In this document: piece by piece, positions 18,518-29,297 of the stretch
Layout: each line of letters opens with the position of its first letter
Numbering within the stretch: the stretch's first letter is position 1
Assembly (NCBI GenBank): GCA_039804105.1
Contig: JBDRZU010000001.1
Location: 352,001-416,000, forward strand
Origin: a candidate division WOR-3 bacterium
GTDB lineage: Bacteria > Hydrothermota > 32-111
Direction: 5' to 3'
Length of the DNA: 64,000 nt
Notes under the pieces: generated by a model
The model's input: the letters and a program-made list of their open reading frames with translations, nothing else
Told to the model about the DNA's origin: nothing
Databases searched by the model: none
Position numbers and translations under genes: made by a program

Positions 18518-19597
18518 TTACAAAGATTCTTCTAATATTTTCTTTATCCTTTCAGAAGTTTTTCCATCCCAATATTTAATCTGTTTTCCTTTGACTTTTT
18601 CTGAAGATTTTAAAATTGTTTCGACATTCTCAATTTCAGGTTCTATCAACATGTTGGTTCCCTCAGTTAAGGTAATTGGTCTTTCAGTGTTCTGTCTTAA
18701 TGTAAAACATGGAATTTTAAGATATGTCGTTTCCTCTTGAATTCCGCCTGAATCAGTTAAAACAAATTTTGAATTCATTTCAAGTGCAATCGATTTAATA
18801 TATGACACTGGTTTTACAACAATTATTCTATTTGAGGTGAAGTATTTTTTTAAATTAAAATTCTCTATCATTTTCTGGGTTCTCGGATGGAGAGGAAAAA
18901 CTATTTGATATGTTCTCGATAATCTTTTCATAAATTCTAAAATTTTTACGAACCTTTTTCTGTTATCAACATTCGAAGGTCTATGTAAAGTACAATATAT
19001 ATATTCTCCCTTTCTCACAGAAAACTCTTTTTCAACATCAATCTTTTTTATTTTATCCATATTATCAACAAGTGTATCTATCATTATATTTCCAACAAGA
19101 AAAATCTCCTTTTTTTGATGCCCTTCGTTTAACAGATTTTCAACAGCATCAATCGAAGGAGCAAAGAGAAAATCAGACAAAGAATCTGTTACAACTCGGT
19201 TGATCTCCTCAGGCATATTCTTGTCAAAACTTCTTAAACCTGCTTCTACATGTGCAACTTTTATATAAAGTTTTTTTGCTGATAAAGTTGCGGCCATAGT
19301 TGAATTCACATCACCAAAAACTATGCATAGATCTGGAGTTTTCTTAAAGAGTAACTTTTCATACTCTATCATTATTCTGGAAGTTTGATATGCATGTGTT
19401 CCACTTTTAACTCCCAGGAAATATTCTGGTTCTGGTATCGAAAGATCCTCAAAAAAAATATCAGACATTTCACGACTATAATGTTGCCCAGTATGGACAA
19501 GTCGAACATTAAAATCTTTTCTCAATATCCTATTAAGTTTTACAACCTTTATGAAATTTGGTCTTGCACCGATGATAAGATCAAGCGTTTTTTTCAT
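18518..19597 (-). CDS. wecB: UDP-N-acetylglucosamine 2-epimerase (non-hydrolysing)
   Basis: GARPNFIK, HTGQHY, GDVNST, HVEAGLRS, MPEEINR, TLHRPSNVD, TDSGGIQEE, TERP. Confidence 0.95.
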   Translation of the reverse strand: MKKTLDLIIGARPNFIKVVKLNRILRKDFNVRLVHTGQHYSREMSDIFFEDLSIPEPEYFLGVKSGTHAYQTSRIMIEYEKLLFKKTPDLCIVFGDVNSTMAATLSAKKLYIKVAHVEAGLRSFDKNMPEEINRVVTDSLSDFLFAPSIDAVENLLNEGHQKKEIFLVGNIMIDTLVDNMDKIKKIDVEKEFSVRKGEYIYCTLHRPSNVDNRKRFVKILEFMKRLSRTYQIVFPLHPRTQKMIENFNLKKYFTSNRIIVVKPVSYIKSIALEMNSKFVLTDSGGIQEETTYLKIPCFTLRQNTERPITLTEGTNMLIEPEIENVETILKSSEKVKGKQIKYWDGKTSERIKKILEESL

Positions 19598-20523
19598 AGA
19601 TAAAATTGCATGGACTTTTTTAATCCTTCTTTCACTCGAACAAGTACCTCATATTTGAGAATCTTCTTTATCTTTTCAATATCAGCAAGAGAATCTTTTA
19701 CATCTCCAGGTCTTGGGGGAAGATAAACTTTTTCGATTTTGTAACCTGTTATTGAAGACACATAATCAACAAGTTCGTTAACAGAGATTCGCTCTCCACA
19801 CGCTACATTGAATGCCTCTCCAAATGCCTCTTCAGGAGCTTTAAGTGAAAGAATATTCGCATAGACAACATTTGAAACATAGGTAAAATCTCTTGTCTGT
19901 GTTCCATCTCCAAAAATTGTGATAGATACCTTGTTTTTCACAGCAGAGAAAACTTTAGGTATAAAAGCTGAATACAAAGACATTGGATCCTGATTCTCTC
20001 CAAAAACATTAAAATATCTTAATGAAATAGTTTTCAACCCATATATTCTATAAAAAATTGAAGAATAATATTCTCCAGCAAGTTTTGTTAAAGCGTAAGG
20101 TGATTTTGGTTTTGGCTCAAGTGTTTCAACTTTTGGAATCACAGGATTATCACCATAAATTGAAGATGAAGAAGCAAAAATGAATCTTTTTATATTCATA
20201 TCTTTACTACATTGAAGAAGGTTTAAAGTTCCAACAATGTTGACATCGTTTGTCGTCAGTGGATCATTTATCGATCTTGGAACAGAAGGAAGAGCTGCCT
20301 GATGAAACACATAATCAATATCTTTAAGGGATGTCAGAACAGTATGATAACTCCTTATATCACCTTCAACAAGATCAATTTTGTCTATAAATGGAAGTAT
20401 ATTCTCCCTCTTCCCTGTCGAGAAATTATCAAGAACTCTTACCTTGTTGTTATCCTCAAGAAGTGCTTTCACAAGATTACTACCGATAAAACCCGCACCA
20501 CCTGTAACAAGTATAAACGCCAT
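19594..20523 (-). CDS. NAD-dependent nucleotide-sugar epimerase (extended SDR, WbpP-like)
   Basis: TGGAGFIGS, HQAALPSVPRS, SPYALTK (YxxxK), LRYFNVFG, GDGTQTRDF. Confidence 0.93.
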   Translation of the reverse strand: MAFILVTGGAGFIGSNLVKALLEDNNKVRVLDNFSTGKRENILPFIDKIDLVEGDIRSYHTVLTSLKDIDYVFHQAALPSVPRSINDPLTTNDVNIVGTLNLLQCSKDMNIKRFIFASSSSIYGDNPVIPKVETLEPKPKSPYALTKLAGEYYSSIFYRIYGLKTISLRYFNVFGENQDPMSLYSAFIPKVFSAVKNKVSITIFGDGTQTRDFTYVSNVVYANILSLKAPEEAFGEAFNVACGERISVNELVDYVSSITGYKIEKVYLPPRPGDVKDSLADIEKIKKILKYEVLVRVKEGLKKSMQFYL

Positions 20524-20545
20524 TTCTTCTCCTTTTAAGAAAAAA

Positions 20546-20573
20546 ATTATATCATAAATTATTCTATTTACAA
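20546..20573 (-). promoter_or_regulatory. Extended -10 promoter of the epimerase-wecB-OMP-tRNA-Arg unit
   Basis: TTGTAA, 16 nt, TGaTATAAT; SD AAGGAG before ATG 20523. Confidence 0.55.
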
Positions 20574-20575
20574 TC

Positions 20576-22170
20576 TCAATTTATTTTATTTATTGAAAAG
20601 AATACACTTCCTCTTTCTTCAAAAATATCAAAATTTCCAAAATTTAGGGAATCATCGTATGTACAATATTCAAAGGTTAAACTATCATTTTTTTCTATTT
20701 TTACAATAGCAGATGCGTTTAAAACTTCAAAATTATCTTTTTGTAAAACTCCTTTATAACCAGTGTTAAGATTTGCTATCTCTCTACCATTCAATCTTAC
20801 CCTTAAAAATAAACTTGTTCCCTTTTCATTTTTAGAAGTAAAAACAACCTTATAATGTATATTGTAAAATCCACTCCTTTCAAAAACTAAAACTGACTCA
20901 TCATTTTTGGAAGTTCTGATGATTTTGGGATTGTTTTCTAAAATAATATTTTTAAACTTAAAATTTTTAAAAAAATTTTTTTCAACTTTTTTTTCTTCGA
21001 TATTAAAAACTTTTATCGGGGTATTCAAATCAACATCGTTATATTTACTTTCTGGATCAACAACAAGATTTCTCTTGAAAATGATATTTCCCAAACTGTC
21101 CTCATAAAAAGAAAAATCCCCAGTATTGTCAAGGTTCAAGAATCCCCATCTAATATATTGATTTTTCCCGTTGTTGTATCTAAAAATCAAAGGTTGATCA
21201 GAAAGGTTAGTTAAACTTTTTGTATATACATTTGAACCTAATATATCTAATTTTTTCAAATCCAATCTGTTATCCTTCAAATATAAGGTATCCCTTAAAT
21301 TCAAAACAAATGAAAAACTTCCATCCTCAGCAAAATTGAAATTCCCTCTATTTCCAAATTTTATTCCTTTTCCAAGGTTAAGATTTCCTGATACAAGAAA
21401 AGAACCTGTTTCTTTATCAAAAAATAGAGAATCTTTAATACCTTTTACCTTCATATTTCCTTTTAGATCCATAAAAGAGGCAGAGTATACTGAAGAGTCA
21501 ACAAAATTTTTTGCGACGATCTTATCTTTTACGATGATCTCTCCATCCATCTGTAAAATATTTTTTATTTCATCTTTCTCTTTCAACAGAAGAATGTTTC
21601 TTTTTTTATTCCCATACAGTATAAAACTATCACCTTCAGTTTCAAATAGGATTGATTTTACACCCCAAAAATTTGTACCAACATTTCTTCCTTGTGAAAC
21701 AGCAAGATAACCGTTTGAAAGCCAGTTGTAATAGTTTGATATTTCACAACCAAAAATATCTGAAAATTTTACGAGACCATTGTTTATAAGATTTTCACAC
21801 ATACTGAAAAAAAATGAAAAATAATCAATGCTTCCTTCATTTACAAAAGTTTTGAAACCAAATTTTCAATCTGGATAGATACGTTGGATGATCTGTTTAC
21901 AATAACTGTTTTATCAAGTTCACAGTTTGATGGAGTGTTTATTCCAAGAAGAACGATCTTCTTTATAGGTTCTTTTATCACTATACTGTCCTCTTTAAGA
22001 TCAGAAATAATATTTATTCTTAAATCATCTATGTTATTTTTTACGGCATCCTCTATAATATCTGATATATTGTCATAAATATCAGAGGGAACATTAAAAA
22101 CCTGATTTTCTATAGAAAAGATTTTGATAAACAAAAACAAACAAAAAAAACAAAAAATTTTTTCATTCAT
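20576..22170 (-). pseudogene. Frameshift-split gene for a secreted fibre-like protein with C-terminal C1q/BclA-like domain (ORFs 21841-22170 and 20576-21802)
   Basis: Upstream ORF has SD and signal peptide; downstream ORF has no SD, and its frame is open back to 21865, overlapping the upstream ORF in the -1 frame. C-terminus SGFYNIHYKV...LRVRLNG...ASAIVKIEKNDSL resembles C1q/TNF-like domains. Confidence 0.55.
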
Positions 22171-22191
22171 CTTTACATCTCCTTTCGTTCA

Positions 22192-22219
22192 ATTTTATCA
22201 TAAGGTGGTATCATTTCAA
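22192..22219 (-). promoter_or_regulatory. Promoter of the 22170 gene (divergent from tRNA-Leu)
   Basis: TTGAAA, 16 nt, TGaTAAAAT; SD AAAGGAG downstream. Confidence 0.5.
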
Positions 22220-22231
22220 CATAATCTTATA

Positions 22232-22259
22232 TTGACAAAAAGATTTTTTTTGTTAAGAT
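22232..22259 (+). promoter_or_regulatory. Promoter of tRNA-Leu(CAA)
   Basis: TTGACA, 16 nt, TGtTAAGAT, 9 nt before the tRNA. Confidence 0.55.
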
Positions 22260-22268
22260 ACTTTCTAT

Positions 22269-22352
22269 GCCGAAGTGGTGGAATTGGTAGACACGTCGGT
22301 CTCAAAAACCGATGATGGCAACATCATGCCGGTTCGACTCCGGCCTTCGGCA
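22269..22352 (+). tRNA. tRNA-Leu(CAA)
   Basis: GCCGAAG/CTTCGGC acceptor, TCGGT-CTCAAAA-ACCGA anticodon arm, long variable arm; CCA not encoded. Confidence 0.97.
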
Positions 22353-22353
22353 T

Positions 22354-23061
22354 TTAAGATCTTGCAAAAGTGAGTCCGAAAACTTTTTCAACTCCAAAAT
22401 ATTCTTTTAAAACTTTTGCCGCTTCAGATAAAGTTTTTCCTGTTGTAAAAACATCATCTACGATAAGAATAGAATAACATTTGAAATCTTTTTTAAATGG
22501 ATAAAACATTCTACCTCTTTTTTCTCTTAAAAATCCAGGGAGCATTGCCTGGTTGATAAAAGTCTCTTTTTGCTTTAATATGTCACAAACAAATGGTATA
22601 CCAGTAAGTTCTGAAAGATCTTTCGCTATAAGAAAAGATTGGTTAAAATACCGATTGTAACTTTTTAAAAAACTTTGCGGTATGTATGTTATGAATTCGA
22701 CATACTGAAAATTCGGATCCTCCTGAATTTTCATATACAAAGAATTCGAAATAAAAGAACCAAGAGATTTCAAATTTTTGTATTTAAAATTTTTTATTAT
22801 AATTGAAGTGATGTTATCATAGTAGTAAACAGATCTAACATAATCAAAAAAATATTTGCTTTCTTTACATTTAGGACATAAAATTTCAGTTTTTTCTATA
22901 TTGACACCACATATTGAACACAGATTCCCCCCAACTCTTTTTAATTTAATAAAACAGTTTTTACATATGGGGATATCATTTAAAAATTTTTCATTTTTAC
23001 ATACAATACAGTTTTGTGGGAAAAGTATTTCTAAAGGATTACCAATATTTATCCTTTTCAT
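22354..23061 (-). CDS. comF: ComF family protein (double zinc ribbon + PRTase domain)
   Basis: LFPQNCIVC...CKNC...CSIC...CPKC, FKY, RYFNQS, ILIVDDVFTTGKTL. Confidence 0.9.
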   Translation of the reverse strand: MKRINIGNPLEILFPQNCIVCKNEKFLNDIPICKNCFIKLKRVGGNLCSICGVNIEKTEILCPKCKESKYFFDYVRSVYYYDNITSIIIKNFKYKNLKSLGSFISNSLYMKIQEDPNFQYVEFITYIPQSFLKSYNRYFNQSFLIAKDLSELTGIPFVCDILKQKETFINQAMLPGFLREKRGRMFYPFKKDFKCYSILIVDDVFTTGKTLSEAAKVLKEYFGVEKVFGLTFARS

Positions 23062-24241
23062 TCAATCCTCTGTTTACTATCGCAAACATAATCATGGTTG
23101 TTATATATGACGACCCTCCATAAGAAAATAAAGGTAAAGGCACACCAACTATTGGAACCAATCCGATCGACATACTTATGTTTATAATGTATTCAAACAC
23201 TATAAAGAAAGTAAAAGTTGAAACAACAAGTTTTGTATATTTTGATTTTATTTTATTCAAATTAAAAAATACTCTAAAGATTATGATAAAAATCAATATC
23301 AATATCAAAATGTATCCTACAAATCCAAACTCTTCACCTACAGCAGAAAATATGAAATCGGTGTGCTGCTGTGGAACAAAATTTAAACCTTTCTGAGTAC
23401 CATTCAAAAATCCCTTCCCAAAAATTCCGCCCGAACCTATACCTATTTTCGATTGCAAAAGATTCCATCCGTAACCATGCACATCCTTTTCGGGAGAAAG
23501 GTAAGATAAAAATCTATTTTTCTGGTAATCCCTCAAACTGTTCCACACAATAGGAGCAATTCCCCCAAAGATTATGTTAAGAAAAAATATTTTTAAAAGA
23601 TTTATAAAATCAATCTTTGCAAAATAGAGTATAAAGGATATCACAAAAATATAGAATATCCAGATGATCGGGAAAAATGAAAAAATAATCGAGAGAATTG
23701 GAGTTAAAAGAATAAAAAGATTGATCAACTTTGTATCGTTAAGGAATAAAATCAAAAAAAGTATTAATAGAAAGAGGATCGATGTCCCAAGGTCAGGTTG
23801 AACAAAAACAAGAAAAAAAGGAATAAGAACCATTATGTAGGAAACAAGCAGAGTTATAGAATTATCTTTTTTTTCTTTTCTTGATAGCAAAAATTTCGGT
23901 AAAGCAAGAATTAAAGAAACCTTGGCAAACTCAGAAGGTTGTATATAAGCAATTCCAAAATCAAACCATCTTTCAACTGGTGCTTTGTTGATCAATTTTA
24001 AAAAAAATAACAGGAATATTGAAAAAAAGTACAGAAGATAAGAACCTATATAAAAAACCTTTATCGGAATAAACTGGATACCAATAAAAAGAAACATGGA
24101 AAGGAAAAACCAGATAAGTTGTCTGTAAAAAATTATAATATTATCGTTGTAAACTACTGAGAATAAGACAATAAGCCCAAAAATTGAAAGAAAAATCAAA
24201 GGCAAAACAATGAAGGGATCCAATCTATTTTTAATATCCAT
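23039..24241 (-). CDS. rodA: Rod shape-determining protein RodA
   Basis: IQPSEFAK, QPDLGT, YQKNR, QSKIGIGSGG, HTDFIF, GVPLPLFSYGGSS; follows mrdA. Confidence 0.95.
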   Translation of the reverse strand: MDIKNRLDPFIVLPLIFLSIFGLIVLFSVVYNDNIIIFYRQLIWFFLSMFLFIGIQFIPIKVFYIGSYLLYFFSIFLLFFLKLINKAPVERWFDFGIAYIQPSEFAKVSLILALPKFLLSRKEKKDNSITLLVSYIMVLIPFFLVFVQPDLGTSILFLLILFLILFLNDTKLINLFILLTPILSIIFSFFPIIWIFYIFVISFILYFAKIDFINLLKIFFLNIIFGGIAPIVWNSLRDYQKNRFLSYLSPEKDVHGYGWNLLQSKIGIGSGGIFGKGFLNGTQKGLNFVPQQHTDFIFSAVGEEFGFVGYILILILIFIIIFRVFFNLNKIKSKYTKLVVSTFTFFIVFEYIINISMSIGLVPIVGVPLPLFSYGGSSYITTMIMFAIVNRGLNEKDKYW

Positions 24242-26003
24242 CTGTAATCCTTATATATTTTTCAACTATCATTTTTGTCATTTTTGCAGGATCATCACCA
24301 CCATGCCCTCCATTCTCTATAACCACTACTACAGCTATTCTGTTTTTCCCATTCTTATCAGTATAGAAAGAACCAAACCAGGCATGTGGTTCTCCTGAAG
24401 AATTTTCAGCTGTTCCAGTTTTTCCACTTATATAACCAAAACTCTTATCTATCCTTGCCGCAATTCCAGTTCCATTATCCGAATTCACAACATTGAACAA
24501 AGCCTTTTTTAAAAGTTCAAGATAAATTTTTTCAAATTTTATTTCCCTTATAATTTTTTTGTTATATCTATAAACGACTTCTCCATTTTTGGTTTTTACA
24601 GAATCAACCACATGTGGTTGTAAAATTTTACCATCATTTGCTACACATAAAAAAAGAGAAGCAACCTGTATCGGAGTAACAAGAATATCTCCCTGCCCTA
24701 TTGAGATATTTGCAATATGCCCTGTACCCCATGTATTTTTACCATATTTTTTGTTCAAAAATTTTGAATCTGGTATTATCCCTTTACTCTCTTCAAATAT
24801 ATCTATTCCAGTAAGTTCTCCAAATCCAAGCTCACCTGCACCTTTGTAAATTTCATCAACTCCAACTTTCATCCCTAGTTGATAAAAATATACATCACAA
24901 GAATTTATGAAAGCATCAAAAAGGTTGAGTTCATTATGAACATTCCAACATTTAAAAATTCTGTTTGATATCATTATACTTCCAAAACATGGTTGGAAAA
25001 AAGTGTTTGAATCAACTTTATCCTTCTCAAGACCAACCAAAAAAGTTACTATCTTAAAAACTGATCCTGGAGGATACAAACCATTGGTTGCTCTGTTTAA
25101 AAAGGGAGATAATCTATTAGTTCTCAAGAACTCCCAGACATCCTTTCTTATGCCTGTTATGAAAATGTTAGGGTCAAAAGATGGTTTTGAATACATTGAC
25201 AGAATTGCACTTTTTTCAACATCGATAACTATGGCTGTTCCACTCTGAAAATCTTTAAACAATGTATCAATATAACTCTGTAATCTATGATTTATACTTA
25301 TATAAATATCAAAACCGTTCAGTTTTTTTAATGAATTTTTTTGTTCGACCTCTCTGACGATATTCCCCTTTACATCCACTTCATAATATTTTATTCCATT
25401 TCTCCCTTTTAAATAAGTTTCATAACTTTTTTCTATTCCCGTCTTACCAATAAAATCTGACATACTATATCCCTTAACTTTTAGTTCAAGAAATTCATCC
25501 CCTGTTATTTTACCAACATATCCTATTATGTGTGAATAAAGTTCATTGTATGGATAAAATCTTTTAGGTTGATACCTTATATCAAATTCAGGAAATTTAT
25601 TTTTGTTTTCTTCGATATAGGAAACATCCTCTATATTGAGATTGTTTTTAAGACATATTTCTTTTTCTTGATTTCTTTTTGCATCACCAATCATCTGATT
25701 GATCGATTCTGGATCAATTTCAATTATTTTTGAGATATCGAGTATATTGTCTGCTGTAATATTAAATCTATCAAGATTACAGAACAAGGAAAAATATTTT
25801 TTTGATGTAGCAACTATTACAGAATCTGATGTTATAATATTACCTCTTACTGCAGGAACAATAATCTTTTTATAACTGTTACCTTCTGCGAGTGTTTTAT
25901 AATAGCGATTTTCAAAAAACTGCAAATTTATTATTGAGATCGATTGGATAAAAAAAAGAAATACAACAAGAATTATTAAGGTTGAAAACCTATCTTTGAA
26001 CAT
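24231..26003 (-). CDS. mrdA: Penicillin-binding protein 2
   Basis: RGNI, GKTGIEK, YPPGSVFK (SxxK), SCDVYFY (SxD), GKTGTA; lies in the mre operon. Confidence 0.95.
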   Translation of the reverse strand: MFKDRFSTLIILVVFLFFIQSISIINLQFFENRYYKTLAEGNSYKKIIVPAVRGNIITSDSVIVATSKKYFSLFCNLDRFNITADNILDISKIIEIDPESINQMIGDAKRNQEKEICLKNNLNIEDVSYIEENKNKFPEFDIRYQPKRFYPYNELYSHIIGYVGKITGDEFLELKVKGYSMSDFIGKTGIEKSYETYLKGRNGIKYYEVDVKGNIVREVEQKNSLKKLNGFDIYISINHRLQSYIDTLFKDFQSGTAIVIDVEKSAILSMYSKPSFDPNIFITGIRKDVWEFLRTNRLSPFLNRATNGLYPPGSVFKIVTFLVGLEKDKVDSNTFFQPCFGSIMISNRIFKCWNVHNELNLFDAFINSCDVYFYQLGMKVGVDEIYKGAGELGFGELTGIDIFEESKGIIPDSKFLNKKYGKNTWGTGHIANISIGQGDILVTPIQVASLFLCVANDGKILQPHVVDSVKTKNGEVVYRYNKKIIREIKFEKIYLELLKKALFNVVNSDNGTGIAARIDKSFGYISGKTGTAENSSGEPHAWFGSFYTDKNGKNRIAVVVVIENGGHGGDDPAKMTKMIVEKYIRITDGY

Positions 26004-26472
26004 ATATTCTTTTTAAAAACCTGTTCAATATATGGAATATCGTATAAATAAAAACTGTATAAACGGGTATTATAAAAATAAAGATGAAAATTGTAAGTAT
26101 ACTTTTTGATTCGTTGAAATTTATTATAACGAGTATAAAACGGTATAAAAGGTCTGAAATCAGAACAAGTAACATTCTGTTTAAAAATCTTTCCTTATAG
26201 AAAAAATTACCAAACCTTGCTGTTATATAAGATATAAAAAGAAAAATTGAAGAGTGAAAGCCAAGAGATGTACCGGTTAACGCATCACAAAAAAAGCCAA
26301 TTATAAAAGAAAAAATATAGGTAAAAATCTCATCGAAATTTAAACACACAAATATAACAAGAATTATGATAAGGTCAGGTTGTATAATATATTTAATTGA
26401 AAGAAAAGGAGGAACAGTCGAAACGAAATAAAGAAAAAATAAAGATAAAATTATAACAAAAAAATATCTCAT
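25990..26472 (-). CDS. mreD: Rod shape-determining protein MreD
   Basis: Hydrophobic, QPDL, GFFCDAL; between mreC and mrdA. Confidence 0.85.
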   Translation of the reverse strand: MRYFFVIILSLFFLYFVSTVPPFLSIKYIIQPDLIIILVIFVCLNFDEIFTYIFSFIIGFFCDALTGTSLGFHSSIFLFISYITARFGNFFYKERFLNRMLLVLISDLLYRFILVIINFNESKSILTIFIFIFIIPVYTVFIYTIFHILNRFLKRIYVQR

Positions 26473-27314
26473 TCAAAAACCCTTTTATATATTGTGTACC
26501 AACCTAATCTTGCTATCTCCTGTTTTTTTGTTTTTTCATATCTATTCCGATAAAATTCTTTATCCATTTTTAAAAGAAAAACCTCTTTTAAAGATAGAAT
26601 GTTTTCAAAAGGTTTTATAGCATAAAAAAAATCTCCATCTTCTAAAACTTCTATTTTAACTACATTTCCAACAGGTATATTTTCAGGGAAAATTTTTCCA
26701 AATCCACTTGTAAAAATTGAATCACCAATTTTTAACTTATTATCATATTGAACATTTTCAACTTTTAAAAGTCCTGTTTTATAAAAATAACATAACATAA
26801 AAAGTTTCTTTTCCTTATCCATCACTCCAACTTTAAAATTCGAATTGTTGAATGTTTCAACGACAGAGCTGTATCTATCGACCGATATAACTTTTCCAAC
26901 AATCCCCTTGCTTGAAAGAACAGGCATTCCTTCTTCAACACCATCAACTTTTCCTTTATCTATCGTTAAAAATTCTCCAGCAAATTTTTCCTGTGAAACC
27001 ACTTCTGAAAAAATAACTTCATGTTTAAATCTATCTTTCATCTGTAAAAGATTTCTCAAATTTTCATTTTCATACTCTAAAAACTTCAATCTGCTTATCT
27101 CAAGATTTTTTTGAAAGATCGTTGTTTTATCATCTTTTAAAATTTTTCTGTTCTGAAATGTTAAACCTATAAAGTCAACAAAAAAATTGAAGGGTTTCAC
27201 TGGATAGATCAATAAATTTTTAAAAGAATAGAAGGTAAATTTACTTGAAAGAATCATAAAAAGAATAGATACAAAAAAAAGGAAAAAGAAGAAAATCTTG
27301 GATCTTGATCTCAT
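26469..27314 (-). CDS. mreC: Rod shape-determining protein MreC
   Basis: ENENLRNLL, IDKGKVDGV, GIVGKV, TSGFGKIFP. Confidence 0.92.
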   Translation of the reverse strand: MRSRSKIFFFFLFFVSILFMILSSKFTFYSFKNLLIYPVKPFNFFVDFIGLTFQNRKILKDDKTTIFQKNLEISRLKFLEYENENLRNLLQMKDRFKHEVIFSEVVSQEKFAGEFLTIDKGKVDGVEEGMPVLSSKGIVGKVISVDRYSSVVETFNNSNFKVGVMDKEKKLFMLCYFYKTGLLKVENVQYDNKLKIGDSIFTSGFGKIFPENIPVGNVVKIEVLEDGDFFYAIKPFENILSLKEVFLLKMDKEFYRNRYEKTKKQEIARLGWYTIYKRVFE

Positions 27315-27324
27315 TTTTTTACTG

Positions 27325-28371
27325 CTATCTTGATGTTTGAATTATAATTTTCTCATAAAAAGAAAGATTTTCAAGTATCTTACCACTACCCCGAACAACA
27401 CATTCTATAGGATTCTCTGCAATAGTCACCTTCAGACCTGTTTCTTTTGATACAAGTTTATCAAAATTTTTTAAAAGTGAGCCACCACCTGTCATAACAA
27501 TACCCTGATCTATAATATCCGAAGCTAGTTCTGGAGGTGTTTTTTCAAGTGCCTGTTTGATCGCCGAAACAATCATATATACGGGTTCTTTTAGAGCTTC
27601 CCTAATCTCCTCAGATGTTAATTTTATCGTTTTTGGAATCCCTTCAACAAGATCAACCCCCTTGATTTCAAGTTCAAGTTCTTGTTCAAGTTTATATGCT
27701 GAACCTATTGTTGTTTTTATCTTTTCAGTCGTTTGTTCTCCAATAAGAAGGTTATAGTTCTTTTTAACATACTGTATTATCGCTTCATCCATCTCATCCC
27801 CACCAACTCTTATCGAGTTATTGGTTACAATTCCATTTAGGGCGATGACCGCAATTTCGCTCGTTCCTCCACCAATGTCGATTATCATACTTCCTTTTGG
27901 TTGATCAACCGGAAGTCCAACACCAACAGCTGCTGCAACGGGTTCTGAAACCAAAAAAACATCTCTGACACCCGAATGTTCAACAGAGTCCCTTACTGCT
28001 CTCATCTCGACAGCGGTTATTCCAGATGGAACACAAACTATAACTCTTGGTCTTATGATTATTTTAGATTTTTCAACTTTTGTAATAAAGTATCTTAACA
28101 TTTCTTCAACAACTTCAAAATCTGCTATAACACCATCTTTCATAGGTCTTACAGCTTTTATCTCCTGTGGAGTTTTCCCAAGCATTTCTTTTGCTTGATA
28201 ACCAACAGCAAGAGGTTTATTTGTTCTCAAATCTATCGCAACAACAGATGGTTCATTTAAAACTATTCCTTCATTTTTCATATAAATCAGGGTTGAAGCG
28301 GTTCCAAGATCAATAGCGATATCATTTGATATAAATGAATTGAAAAAAGATTTCAAATTAAATGGTTTCAT
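27325..28371 (-). CDS. mreB: Actin-like rod shape protein MreB
   Basis: IAIDLGTA, NEPSVVA, RPMKDGVIADF, DIGGGTSE, TPPELASDI. Confidence 0.97.
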   Translation of the reverse strand: MKPFNLKSFFNSFISNDIAIDLGTASTLIYMKNEGIVLNEPSVVAIDLRTNKPLAVGYQAKEMLGKTPQEIKAVRPMKDGVIADFEVVEEMLRYFITKVEKSKIIIRPRVIVCVPSGITAVEMRAVRDSVEHSGVRDVFLVSEPVAAAVGVGLPVDQPKGSMIIDIGGGTSEIAVIALNGIVTNNSIRVGGDEMDEAIIQYVKKNYNLLIGEQTTEKIKTTIGSAYKLEQELELEIKGVDLVEGIPKTIKLTSEEIREALKEPVYMIVSAIKQALEKTPPELASDIIDQGIVMTGGGSLLKNFDKLVSKETGLKVTIAENPIECVVRGSGKILENLSFYEKIIIQTSR

Positions 28372-28389
28372 TTCTCCTCCAGGAGAGAA

Positions 28390-29034
28390 TCAATAGATAT
28401 TCAGGATATATATAGAATTTTCAAGTTCTTCAGAAGAATCATCAAAATAATCTTTTCTTTTAACCTTATAATTTTGGTTATTTTCAAGGAATTTGTTAAT
28501 AGGATCGATTGGGAAATCAACGAACTCTGTTTTGTAATGCATCGGGAAAACATATAGTGGTGATATATTTTCAATAATATTTTTCGCTTCCTTATAATCA
28601 ATTGTAAAATATCCACCTACAGGGATCATGATGATATAAGGATCCAAAAGTTTTTTTAAAACATCAGAGGGAGGTATATGCCCTAAATCTCCAAAATGTA
28701 TTATTTTGCCTTTCTCTGTATGAACCACAAAAACAATGTTCTCTCCTCTTTTTTTACCTTTATCATGATCATGAAATGTTTTTATACCTTCTATTTTTAT
28801 ATTGTCGATAGTGAAAACACCTTCTCTGTCAATTATTTTTGGGTTATTTTTGAAATCTCTGAAATTATGGTCTGAATGGTTATGTGATATCAAAACGACA
28901 TCTGGATTTTCGAAATTCCCACTGTACCTAAAGGAAGACCCGTATCCATCTTTATGGTACGGGTCAAAAATTATCTTTTTGTTTTCTATATTGAGTTGAA
29001 ATGATGCGTGGCCATACCACACAATCTTCATCAT
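28390..29034 (-). CDS. MBL-fold metallo-hydrolase
   Basis: WYGHASF, SHNHSDH, HFGDLGH, PVGG, PMHY. Confidence 0.9.
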   Translation of the reverse strand: MMKIVWYGHASFQLNIENKKIIFDPYHKDGYGSSFRYSGNFENPDVVLISHNHSDHNFRDFKNNPKIIDREGVFTIDNIKIEGIKTFHDHDKGKKRGENIVFVVHTEKGKIIHFGDLGHIPPSDVLKKLLDPYIIMIPVGGYFTIDYKEAKNIIENISPLYVFPMHYKTEFVDFPIDPINKFLENNQNYKVKRKDYFDDSSEELENSIYILNIY

Positions 29035-29288
29035 TCCTTCCCTTCAACAAAAACCTTTTTTCTGAACTTTCCAAATCTTTGAAATTTAACCACTCCATCT
29101 ATCATTGCAAAAAGAGTGTTATCTGAACCGATTCCTACATTCATTCCTGGATGAAACACTGTCCCCTTCTGTCTTACGAGTATAGTCCCTGCTTTTACAA
29201 ATTCTCCTTCTGACCTTTTCACTCCTAAATATTTTGGGTTCGAATCTCTTCCATTTCTTGATGACCCTACTCCTTTCTTGTGTGCCAT
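29031..29288 (-). CDS. rpmA: 50S ribosomal protein L27
   Basis: [16 protein letters not shown]...LVRQKGT. Confidence 0.98.
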   Translation of the reverse strand: MAHKKGVGSSRNGRDSNPKYLGVKRSEGEFVKAGTILVRQKGTVFHPGMNVGIGSDNTLFAMIDGVVKFQRFGKFRKKVFVEGKE

Positions 29289-29297
29289 AAATCCTCC

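Noticed and set aside
13916..22352. tRNA genes as integration sites for an island or prophage
   Set aside because: No integrase, transposase or phage gene, and I saw no duplicated tRNA 3' end.
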